Of a DNA stretch of 64,000 bases, positions 1 to 10,458 are shown piece by piece; position 1 is the stretch's first letter; every line of letters starts with the position of its first letter. A program made the translations under genes and the position numbers. This DNA is from Eukaryota sp. TZLM1-RC (lineage: Eukaryota > Protista > Metamonada: BaSk clade): NCBI GenBank assembly GCA_040285825.1, contig JAUPSS010000001.1, positions 1,736,001 through 1,800,000 of the forward strand, written 5' to 3'. The notes under the pieces were generated by a model. That model was given only the letters and a program-made list of their open reading frames with translations. It searched no databases and had not been told where the DNA came from.

Positions 1-989
1 GGAGTTTGATTTCCTTGAAATTTGCATATGCAAAATTGCAGAAAAAGATATTAAAAGTTTTTGAAAACTTGGATTTCACTGTTCGTCTTAGCTTGGCTTA
101 AGAAAAGAATCCCGTTTTTGCAAACTTTTTAATTGACCTCAAGGATAGTAGCTCAAGTTGTCTTATTTCCCAGATTCCAAATGTATATGGTCTATTATTA
201 AATGATCATCAATGGACAACTGCCTTCAGGATGAGGTGTTTCCTGTGGCCATGTAGTGTGCCAAATGATTTGATTTGTCGTTGTGGTCAGCTCATTAATC
301 TGAATCATTTATTTAATTGCAAATTTAATATTACATATCGCTCAGTTGTTCACGATGCTGTTAGAGACCAACTATACGCTATGTGCAAAAAGCCATCACA
401 TTGAAGCTTTTGTTGAACCACTTGTGCGAAGGTTGTCATCTGAAAATGAAAATGAAAATACTTTTTGGGAAACGCCGTGCTGATTTAATTACCCCTGCGT
501 CTGATGGTGTTATTAAAGTTGTTGATGTTGTCACTGTTGATGTTTGTAAAGACTCAGCAATTGACTTTGCTAAAAGAGATGAAACTCCACTTCGCTTTGC
601 TGAAAGAGCAAAATCAAAAAGTACAACGAACCCTTATCTCAGCTAGGACGTGTTGAGCATGTTAAGTATCAGTTGGTTCCATTTGCTGTTTCTCTTTTTG
701 GTAACATTGGAATATCTGGCATTAAATTTCTTGAAGGTTTCAGAAGTTTAATAAAAGAAAGAGCAGGAAAAGAATTGAACTTCAATTTCTGGCACAATAG
801 AATTGTTTTCGGTATTCTTAAAGCAATTCCAGAAATGTTGACCAAAGCACTGTTACAATTGGGAATAGAGTATGAAAATCGCGCGCTTAAAAGATTTGAT
901 GATGTTGATGCGTGTATTGAGGATATTGAGTTCTAGTTGTTTGTTTGATGTTTTGTTAGCGTTGAAAATAAATTTATTGGAAAAAAAAA
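1..989 (+). mobile_element. Family C RLE non-LTR retrotransposon, 3' part (runs off window start)
   Basis: Encodes CRC..HLFNC zinc motif, RSVVHD, RRAD..DV..K..KY RLE motifs; ends DACIEDIEF-TAG (936), AATAAA, poly(A) 981-989; in-frame TAA at 99-101; near-identical to 16730-17717. Confidence 0.93.
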
Positions 990-1120
990 GAAGATTTTCG
1001 GCAAAAGGATATCTTCTAGAGAATTCAAATACAAAATTTTTTCCACCACCAACAAATGCAGCTTTGGCCAAATATTTTGATGAATTGAATCCAACACCGC
1101 CAAGTTGAACATCAGAAAAA
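988..1120 (-). mobile_element. Family B internal fragment (FSDVQLGGVG..FSRRYPFAENL), cut by the family C copy
   Basis: Matches family B sequence at 42902-43035; begins at the recurrent truncation point TTTTCTGATGTTCAAC. Confidence 0.88.
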
Positions 1121-1265
1121 TGTTTTTTGTAAAATTTTAATTTATTTTCAAAACCACAGTCTAAAAGTCAATTTCTTCAAAACAAGCTTCCACACCATCA
1201 AACCTTACAGCAGCAATGTTTTCATAATGTGCACTGACAGACATTAAAGCTTTCGAAATCATTTT

Positions 1266-4200
1266 TTTTTTTTTAAAATTTAATTTTATTCTAAACCTAT
1301 AAATCAACATCTAAAAAATCCATCTCTCCCAAAACAAAAACACTAGATGCAACTCTCTCATAGTGAGATCCAAGAGAAAGCAAAGCATCAGAAACCATCT
1401 TCAACATCCCCTTAAAAATAGAAAACACAATTCTATTTTGCCAAAACAATCTGTTGAAATTTCTGCCAGTTCTTCTCTTTACAATCATTTCAAAATCATC
1501 CAAAAAACGTAAAGCAGTTGGTGCAAGTGAACCAAAAGGGAAAATACAAATGGATACAAATTGTATTTTGCATGCTGTAGACTGGCCAATTTGGACAAAG
1601 GTTCATTGTATTTTTGAATTTAAAATTTTCAGCATTTGAAAGGGGATTATGAATTTCAGAATTAACAAGCCTTTCATTTGAGGCATTACAAGGATCAACA
1701 GACATTACATCCAATAAAATGAAGCTTCCATCTAATCCAGGTAATATGACATCACCTCTATTATTCTTATGAAAATCATTTTCAGCATCAAACAGATTTG
1801 ACAACAAAGGTTCCAAGAAGGATTCAATTCTATGAGATTTACACATACAATATAACTGGTCTCTTACAGCATCATGAACCTTGCTTCTAAAAGTAATAAA
1901 ATGTTTACAATTTAACAAATGAGTAGTTGTAATTTCTCGAGAACATTTACAAATTAAATTATGAGGTAAATTATCAGGCCAGATAAAGGAACGAAATCTC
2001 ATATTCAGAGTCCAAGCAGAATCGGATAAGAGAGTACCATATACTTGTGGAATTGTTGTTACTAAGGCAGAAGAAGTACTGTCACACATATCTTGTAAAA
2101 GATTTGCAAAAGCGGGATTCTTTTTCTTGGCCAAGCCAAGTCTAACATCAAAATCCAAGCTTTCAAAAATCTTTGACAATTTTTGTTGAAGCTTTTTACA
2201 GCAAAACTGTAAATTAAATAGAGATCGGTTTGGAATTTCTTGAATTGATTGAGGAAAGCATTTGGTCCAAATTTGTGGCGGTAATTTTCAAGTTCACAAG
2301 ATAACTCATACAAATAGGGACTACAATTGGGGACTAACAGATGAGAATCATCAGGAAATCTACGAGAAAATTCATAAATAAAATTTTTGCCACCACCCAA
2401 GAATGCTGATTGACACAAAATTGAAGATTTAGTAAATCCAATACCCCCAAATTTGCTGAAGAAAATAAATGGCTTTTCAACATTCCTGGTTCTACATCCA
2501 ATAAATCAGCAAAAAATTCTGTTCTCAATGAATTAAAAGAACGACAAAAATCTAATGCTATGGAAGGAGCACAAGATCTCAAAATGTGGGTTATTCTCCC
2601 AGTGTAGCAAATTTTAAGCATAAAAAATTTAATATGCTTTTCTATATCTAAAGAAGAAATTGAATCAAGTTCAATTTTCATTTTTTCCAAAATAACTTGC
2701 AATTCATTCTGAATTTGAGGCACATTTCCTAACCAACAACCAAGGAACTTAAAAAGCATCACTACTATAATTAGTAAAAGGGACAATAGAATCGTTTATC
2801 ACGAGGTCTTGAGCAGAAGAGCCAATCAGAAGGCATTTGCTGGCATTAAGATGAAGCCCAATATTTTCATATGAATCGGCAATTTCTTGAGCAACCAATT
2901 CTAGTAAATCAAATGAACCAATCAAGGATATATCATCCATATAAGCAACTATTTTTATGGAAGGGTATTTTTGCTTAATGATATTTAAAGTTTTGTGAAT
3001 AGCTAAACAAAACAATAATGGACCTAAAGGATCACCTTGCTTCACACCAGAAGATGATTTAAGACCAAATGAATTAAAAATTAAATCTGATTCTTTACCA
3101 TAAAAATGGTAGAAAAAAACTCGATAGCTCAGGAAAATCAGATTTAATAACTTCAAAAATTGCTTCTCGCTTTACAGAATTAAAAGCATTTTTAAAGTCG
3201 AGATTAAAAATAAAATTATTTTCCTCTGCATTAAAAAAGGTATCAGAGGCAATAGCAGCAACAGAAGCACCATCAATTGTTTTTGATTCCAAATTGATGA
3301 GGATTTAAAAATGTAGAAGCTTTGTCTTTGACACGATCGAAGACAATTGATGCCAGCAAACGAGAAAGAGATTCACCAACAGCAATTGGGCGTATTCCAT
3401 CAGGTTTGATTCCGTTTCCAGGCTTTACTAAAGCAATCAGACGTGCTGCGAGCAATTCAAAAGGAGGATTTATTTTCAAAACAATTAATTGTTGGAAATA
3501 GTGGGCTAGATCATCAGCAATTTCGGGAGCACTGGAACACGCTATTTTTAAGAGATCAAAAGAAATTCCAGATGGGCCTGCTGCTTTCCCCTTAGGTAAT
3601 TTTTGAATAGCTTTAAGAACCTCAATTGCAGTAATAGGATTTTCAATCCAAAAAGGACACACTTCAGGCTTGCTGCACTTGAAATTTTCTTGAGGATGCA
3701 ACTTTTGGAGTTTTTCAAGGGTATCAGAGTTTACATCAGCCAAAGAAGAGGAAAACAAAGACTGCTTTGCGGCACCATAACGACCACGTAAGCACAATTT
3801 TCGGCAAATTTTTGATTTTACAATTTTTCTATTTCCAAATTTTTTCTTAAAACAATTTTTGTTTTTTCTAGCAAAATATTTCCAGAAGGATGAAATATTC
3901 CACTTATTATTTTTCAATTCAGAAGTAAAATTTCTCATTTCCATTGAGAAGGGGATTGTGCTGGCGGGACTTATTTCTACTGGGATCCGGATCGGGGGTC
4001 TTACGGTATCAACGGCTTTACAATTCGTACAAAACAGAAGTTTTCGACCATTTCGTGAATCTGCAACATCTTTTTTTGCAAAATGGACAACAAAAATTAC
4101 TGTTTTCAGAAGGGGAAGAAGAGGGAACACTAGAAGCATTTAACTGTTGATCGTCAGAAACATTATTTTCAGCACCATTCACAACGGCAACAGCTGGAAC

Positions 4201-4753
4201 AGAACATTTGAGAATTTGTTGAGCAGATTTTAATTCAAATTCTCTTTTTTGTTTCTCAGGGCACGTTCTCGAATTATGACCACTGATACCACAAATCGAA
4301 CATTTTTTAGAACCTTTTAATGGCACTGGTTTCGTTTTTTTCAGTTCTTTCAATTTTGTCAATTTTTGAGTTAAAAGTAGAAATAGACTTTTGACTTTTT
4401 GCAGTTTCAGCTGGAGAAAACAAATTTCGAGAAACGGAGTTGTTAATAGAACGCGCAACAGAACGCAAGGAACGTAATGGTGGTTTTTCTGTGTTTTTTC
4501 TGGTACAATGATCAGTTTTTGAATGAAAATTTTTTTGAGATGAATTTCGAGCATAGCTTGTATTGTGGGGAGAGTGGGGAAGTGGAGTGGATGAGCTTGA
4601 TCTGACTGGTAGAATCTTTGCTTGGGCGTTCCAATCAGTATCAGAGTCACTATCAGCCAAAGGCATCGTTTTGACAGAGAAACAGTACGACTTTGACGCT
4701 TTGACAGAAAGTGAAATATGAAAGGGTTGACTAAGGGAGGGAGAAAAAAAAAA
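1266..4753 (-). mobile_element. Family A full-length non-LTR retrotransposon (copy A1)
   Basis: 5' T10-CTCCCTCCCTTAG start, poly(A) tail, TSD TTTCGAAATCATTTT at 1251-1265 and 4759-4773. Confidence 0.96.
1297..4666 (-). CDS. Family A RT-RLE polyprotein (~1122 aa reconstructed; broken only by homopolymer indels)
   Basis: CSICGISGHNSRTC knuckle, GPSG, RPIAV, DFKNAF, QGDPLGPLLF, YMDD, KFLG, CKC..HLLNC, RSKVHD, RGD..LDV..E..K.KKY. Confidence 0.88.
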
Positions 4754-5784
4754 TCATTTTTCGAAATCATTTTAGCAATTGATTTGAAAATAGTAAAAAC
4801 AATACGATTTAGCCACAAGCGACGATCAAAACGCTTATTCATTCTTTTTTTCACAAGATTTTCAAAATCATCAATAAAATTCAAAGCAGTTTTTCCAAGA
4901 CGACCATACAACGATATAGCAAATGGGCAAATTTGGTAATCTACATGGCGAACATGTTTCAATTCTTTTAAAGGATTTGCATACTTTTTCCGTTTGTACA
5001 ATTCGGAGTCATCAAGGGGGGATACTTCGGATTGAGCATTTTTCAAGGCATTTTTCTTGCAAACATCCACTGTTACGACATCAACAACATTCATGACATC
5101 ATCAAACGAGGGCACAACAACATCAGCACGTCGTTTTCCATATTCTGAATCTCTTACGCTTTCATTTATATCAAGAGACCTCAACAAAGGTTCTACAAAA
5201 GATTCAATATGATAGGAATTACACATTGCATGGATTTGATCTCTGACTGCATCATGCAACGTAGAACGATAGGAAATATATCTATTACAATTAAATAAAT
5301 GTGATAATGTCAAACCAGCTCCACATTTACAAAACAAATCATTGGGCAAATTACAAGGCCATAAATAACAACGCATTCTCATAGCAGTGGTCCATTGGTC
5401 GTCATTCAAAAATAGACCATAAATCTGGGGAATTTGATTTATCAAAACTGCAGATGATCTGTCTTTCAAATCAATCAAAAAAATTGGCAAAAGCAGGATT
5501 TTTCTTTCATAGCCGTGCTAAGTCGAACAATAAAATCCTTGTTTTCAAAATTTTTCAAAAGATGTCGTTGGAGCTTTTTCAACGCAAATTTTAATGAATA
5601 TAAACTTCTGTCTGGAATTTCTTGAATGGAAATGGGGAAACATGATTGCCATAAGTCGGGAGATAAACTGGATATTTCTTCTCTTAAGTTATCCAGGAAT
5701 ATGCTATTTGTATTTTCAAGAAGATTTTCGGCAAAAGGATATCTTCTAGAGAATTCAAATACAAAATTTTTTCCACCACCAACA

Positions 5785-6025
5785 GTTGTTGCTGGTTCTA
5801 ACTATCGTATGTGTGATGAAAAGCTTGCTGTCGCCTTTAAAACGCTCTTGGAGAATCTCAGACGGCCGCTTAGTAATGTCAATCATGTACTTTTTGGTTT
5901 TGTGCTGGATGTTCAGTGTCTTTTTGGAGTATTAACTACTAGTAGTGGAGTAGTTGGATGAGGAATTTCTGAATTGTCGTAGTATTTAGCTCATTTAATA
6001 AAAAAAAGCCAATAATTAAAAAAAA
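5785..6025 (+). pseudogene. Insert F: retroposed poly(A)+ sequence unrelated to families A-E (processed mRNA 3' end, SINE, or 3' end of another element)
   Basis: ~240 bp, two A-tracts (AATAAAAAAAAAGCCAATAATT-A9), flanked by ACCAACA direct repeat (5778-5784, 6026-6032) inside family B. Confidence 0.8.
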
Positions 6026-7053
6026 ACCAACAAATGCAGCTTTGGCCAAATATTTTGATGAATTTTTTTAATTTAATTTTAATTTATTTTCAAAACCACA
6101 GTCTAAAAGTCAATTTCTTCAAAACAAGCTTCCACACCATCAAACCTTACAGCAGCAATGTTTTCATAATGTGCACTGACAGACATTAAAGCTTTCAAAA
6201 TCATTTTAGGAATTGATTTGAAAATAGTAAAAACAATACGATTTAGCCACAAGCGACGATCAAAACGCTTATTCATTCTTTTTTTCACAAGATTTTCAAA
6301 ATCATCAATAAAATTCAAAGCAGTTTTTCCAAGACGACCATACAACGATATAGCAAATGGGCAAATTTGGTAATCTACATGGCGAACATGTTTCAATTCT
6401 TTTAAAGGATTTGCATACTTTTTCCGTTTGTACAATTCGGAGTCATCAAGGGGGATACTTCGGATTGAGCATTTTTCAAGGCATTTTTCTTGCAAACATC
6501 CACTGTTACGACATCAACAACATTCATGACATCATCAAACGAGGGCACAACAACATCAGCACGTCGTTTTCCATATTCTGAATCTCTTACGCTTTCATTT
6601 ATATCAAGAGACCTCAACAAAGGTTCTACAAAAGATTCAATATGATAGGAATTACACATTGCATGGATTTGATCTCTGACTGCATCATGCAACGTAGAAC
6701 GATAGGAAATATATCTATTACAATTAAATAAATGTGATAATGTCAAACCAGCTCCACATTTACAAAACAAATCATTGGGCAAATTACAAGGCCATAAATA
6801 ACAACGCATTCTCATAGCAGTGGTCCATTGGTCGTCATTCAAAAATAGACCATAAATCTGGGGAATTTGATTTATCAAAACTGCAGATGATCTGTCTTTC
6901 AAATCAATCAAAAAATTGGCAAAAGCAGGATTTTCTTTCATAGCCGTGCTAAGTTTTTTTTTTTTTTTTTTTTTTTCTCCCTCCCTTAGTCAACCCTTTC
7001 ATATTTCACTTTCTGTCAAGGCGTCAAAGTCGTACTGTTTCTCTGTCAAAACG

Positions 7054-10000
7054 ATGCCTTTGGCTGATAGTGACTCTGATACTGATTGGAACGCCCAAGC
7101 AAAGATTCTACCAGTCAGATCAAGCTCATCCACTCCACTTCCCCACTCTCCCCACAATACAGGCTATGCTCGAAATTCATCTCAAAAAAATTCTCATTCA
7201 AAAACTGATCATTGTACCAGAAAAAACACAGAAAAACCACCATTACGTTCCTTGCGTTCTGTTGCGCGTTCTATTAACAACTCCGTTTCTCGAAATTTGT
7301 TTTCTCCAGCTGAAACTGCAAAAAGTCAAAAGTCTATTTCTACTTTTAACTCAAAAATTGACAAAATTGAAAGAACTGAAAAAATGAAACCACTGCCATT
7401 AAAAGGTTCTAAAAAATGTTCGATTTGTGGTATCAGTGGTCATAATTCGAGAACGTGCCCTGAGAAACAAAAAAGAGAATTTGAATTAAAATCTGCTCAA
7501 CAAATTCTCAAATGTTCTGTTCCAGCTGTTGCCGTTGTGAAAGGTGCTGAAAATAATGTTTCTGACGATCAACAGTTAAATGCTTCTAGTGTTCCCTCTT
7601 CTTCCCCTTCTGAAAACAGTAATTTTTGTTGTCCATTTTGCAAAAAAGATGTTGCAAATTCACGAAATGGTCGAAAACTTCTGTTTTGTACGAATTGTAA
7701 AGCCGTTGATACCGTAAGACCCCCGATCCGGATCCCAGTAGAAATAAGTCCCGCCAGCACAATCCCCTTCTCAATGGAAATGAGAAATTTTACTTCTGAA
7801 TTGAAAAATAATAAGTGGAATATTTCATCCTTCTGGAAATATTTTGCTAGAAAAAACAAAAATTGTTTTAAGAAAAAATTTGGAAATAGAAAAATTGTAA
7901 AATCAAAAATTTGCCGTAAATTGTGCTTACGTGGTCGTTATGGTGCCGCAAAGCAGTCTTTGTTTTCCTCTTCTTTGGCTGATGCAAACTCTGATACCCT
8001 TGAAAAACTTCAAAAGTTGCATCCTCAAGAAAATTTCAAGTGCAGCAAGCCTGAAGTGTGTCCATTTTGGATTGAAAATCCTATTACTGCAATTGAAGTT
8101 CTTAAAGCTATTCAAAAATTGCCAAAGGGGAAAGCAGCAGGCCCATCTGGAATTTCTTTTGATCTGTTAAAAATAGCGTGTTCCAGTGCTCCCGAAATTG
8201 CTGATGATCTAGCCCACTATTTTCAACAATTGATTGTTTTGAAAATTAATCCTCCATTTGAATTACTCGCAGCACGTCTGATTGCTTTAGTAAAGCCTGG
8301 AAACGGAATCAAACCTGATGGAATACGCCCAATTGCTGTTGGTGAATCTCTTTCTCGTTTGCTAGCATCAATTGTCTTCGATCGTGTCAAAGACAAAGCT
8401 TCTACATTTTTGAATCCTCATCAATTTGGAATCAAAACAATTGATGGTGCTTCTGTTGCTGCTATTGCCTCTGATACCTTTTTTAATGCAGAGGAAAATA
8501 ATTTTATTTTTAATCTCGACTTTAAAAATGCTTTTTAATTCTGTAAAGCGAGAAGTAATTTTTGAAGTTATTAAATCTGATTTTCCTGAGCTATCGAGTT
8601 TTTTCTACCATTTTTATGGGAAAGAATCAGATTTAATTTTTAATTCATTTGGTCTTAAATCATCTTCTGGAGTGAAGCAGGGAGATCCTTTAGGCCCATT
8701 ATTGTTTTGTTTAGCTATTCACAAAACTTTAAATATCATTAAGCAAAAATACCCTTCTATAAAAATAGTTGCTTATATGGATGATATATCCTTGATTGGT
8801 TCATTTGATTTACTAGAATTGGTTGCTCAAGAAATTGCCGATTCATATGAAAATATTGGGCTTCATCTTAATGCCAGCAAATGCCTTCTGATTGGCTCTT
8901 CTGCTCAAGACCTCGTGATAAACGATTCTATTGTCCCTTTTACTAATTATAGTAGTGATGCTTTTTAAGTTCCTTGGTTGTTGGTTAGGAAATGTGCCTC
9001 AAATTCAGAATGAATTGCAAGTTATTTTGGAAAAAATGAAAATTGAACTTGATTCAATTTCTTCTTTAGATATAGAAAAGCATATTAAATTTTTCATGCT
9101 TAAAATTTGCTACACTGGGAGAATAACCCACATTTTGAGATCTTGTGCTCCTTCCATAGCATTAGATTTTTGTCGTTCTTTTAATTCATTGAGAACAGAA
9201 TTTTTTGCTGATTTATTGGATGTAGAACCAGGAATGTTGAAAAGCCATTTATTTTCTTCAGCAAATTTGGGTGGTATTGGTTTTACTAAATCTTCAATTT
9301 TGTGTCAATCAGCATTCTTGGGTGGTGGCAAAAATTTTATTTATGAATTTTCTCGTAGATTTCCTGATGATTCTCATCTGTTAGTCCCCAATTGTAGTCC
9401 CTATTTGTATGAGTTATCTTGTGAACTTGAAAAATTACCGCCACAAATTTGGACCAAATGTTTTCCTCAATCAATTCAAGAAATTCCAAACCGATCTCTA
9501 TTTAATTTACAGTTTTGCTGTAAAAGCTTCAACAAAAATTGTCAAAGATTTTTGAAAGCTTGGATTTTGATGTTAGACTTGGCCTGGCCAAGAAAAAGAA
9601 TCCCGCTTTTGCAAATCTTTTTACAAGATATGTGTGACAGTACTTCTTCTGCCTTAGTAACAACAATTCCACAAGTTTATGGTACTCTCTTATCCGATTC
9701 TGCTTGGACTCTGAATATGAGATTTCGTTCCTTTATCTGGCCTGATAATTTACCTCATAATTTAATTTGTAAATGTTCTCGAGAAATTACAACTACTCAT
9801 TTGTTAAATTGTAAACATTTTATTACTTTTAGAAGCAAGGTTCATGATGCTGTAAGAGACCAGTTATATTGTATGTGTAAATCTCATAGAATTGAATCCT
9901 TCTTGGAACCTTTGTTGTCAAATCTGTTTGATGCTGAAAATGATTTTCATAAGAATAATAGAGGTGATGTCATATTACCTGGATTAGATGGAAGCTTCAT

Positions 10001-10424
10001 TTTATTGGATGTAATGTCTGTTGATCCTTGTAATGCCTCAAATGAAAGGCTTGTTAATTCTGAAATTCATAATCCCCTTTCAAATGCTGAAAATTTTAAA
10101 TTCAAAAAATACAATGAACCTTTGTCCAAATTGGCCAGTCTACAGCATGCAAAATACAATTTGTATCCATTTGTATTTTCCCTTTTTGGTTCACTTGCAC
10201 CAACTGCTTTACGTTTTTTGGATGATTTTGAAATGATTGTAAAGAGAAGAACTGGCAGAAATTTCAACAGATTGTTTTGGCAAAATAGAATTGTGTTCTC
10301 TATTTTTAAGGGGATGTTGAAGATGGTTTCTGATGCTTTGCTTTCTCTTGGATCTCACTATGAGAGAGTTGCATCTAGTGTTTTTGTTTTGGGAGAGATG
10401 GATTTTTTAGATGTTGATTTATAG
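7054..10424 (+). CDS. Family A RT-RLE polyprotein (~1122 aa)
   Basis: ATG 7054 (MPLADSDSD) to TAG 10424 (MDFLDVDL); ORF-track pieces 6916-8538, 8426-8968, 8931-10424 join at homopolymer runs; full RT and RLE motif set. Confidence 0.92.
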
Positions 10425-10458
10425 GTTTAGAATAAAATTAAATTTTAAAAAAAAAAAA
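10425..10458 (+). promoter_or_regulatory. Minimal family A 3' UTR with AATAAA polyadenylation signal and poly(A) tail
   Basis: TAG-GTTTAG-AATAAA-ATTAAATTTT-An; all five families have AATAAA shortly before the tail. Confidence 0.75.

Larger units (their letters stand above)
1121..6064 (-). mobile_element. Family B 5'-truncated copy (~1.17 kb) split by full-length A (1266-4753) and insert F (5785-6025)
   Basis: Pieces 1121-1265, 4759-5784 and 6026-6064 join seamlessly across TSDs; ends VEACFEEIDF-TAG, AATAAA, A-rich tail. Confidence 0.92.
6955..10458 (+). mobile_element. Family A full-length non-LTR retrotransposon (copy A2, probable source element)
   Basis: 5' T22 tract, 77 nt 5' UTR, poly(A), 13 bp TSD AGCCGTGCTAAGT 6942-6954 / 10459-10471. 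Confidence 0.97.

Noticed and set aside
99-101. TAA read-through or a non-standard genetic code in family C
   Set aside because: The independent C fragment at ~48690 has AAA at this codon, and TAA/TAG terminate all family ORFs; it is a nonsense mutation copied by the duplication.
3603-4150. Recurrent short antisense and alternate-frame ORFs (MNSFKN.., MFFLAKY.., MRRGLCW.., MKFLPVLL.., MEMGKHD..)
   Set aside because: They recur only because the element is repeated, have no recognisable motifs, and are not conserved between families.
4018-5490. Long apparently novel ORFs (490 aa here; also 21031-22056, 35773-37317, 48652-50121, 44605-45294)
   Set aside because: They are chance read-throughs across insertion junctions that join pieces of different elements or frames, not genes.
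6977-7387. Stop-free 5' UTR and overlapping alternate-frame ORF (LPPLVNPF..LKELKK) as a second protein
   Set aside because: No ATG start near its beginning, and the equivalent frame in family B stops after about 40 codons; insufficient support.
8525-8970. Programmed ribosomal frameshifting or a two-ORF organisation
   Set aside because: Break positions differ between copies, and other copies read through the same sites in one frame.
7054-10424. Bacterial RT system (group II intron, retron, DGR, CRISPR-associated RT)
   Set aside because: Poly(A) tails, AATAAA, 5' truncations, TSDs and a C-terminal CCHC plus RLE domain identify eukaryotic non-LTR retrotransposons.
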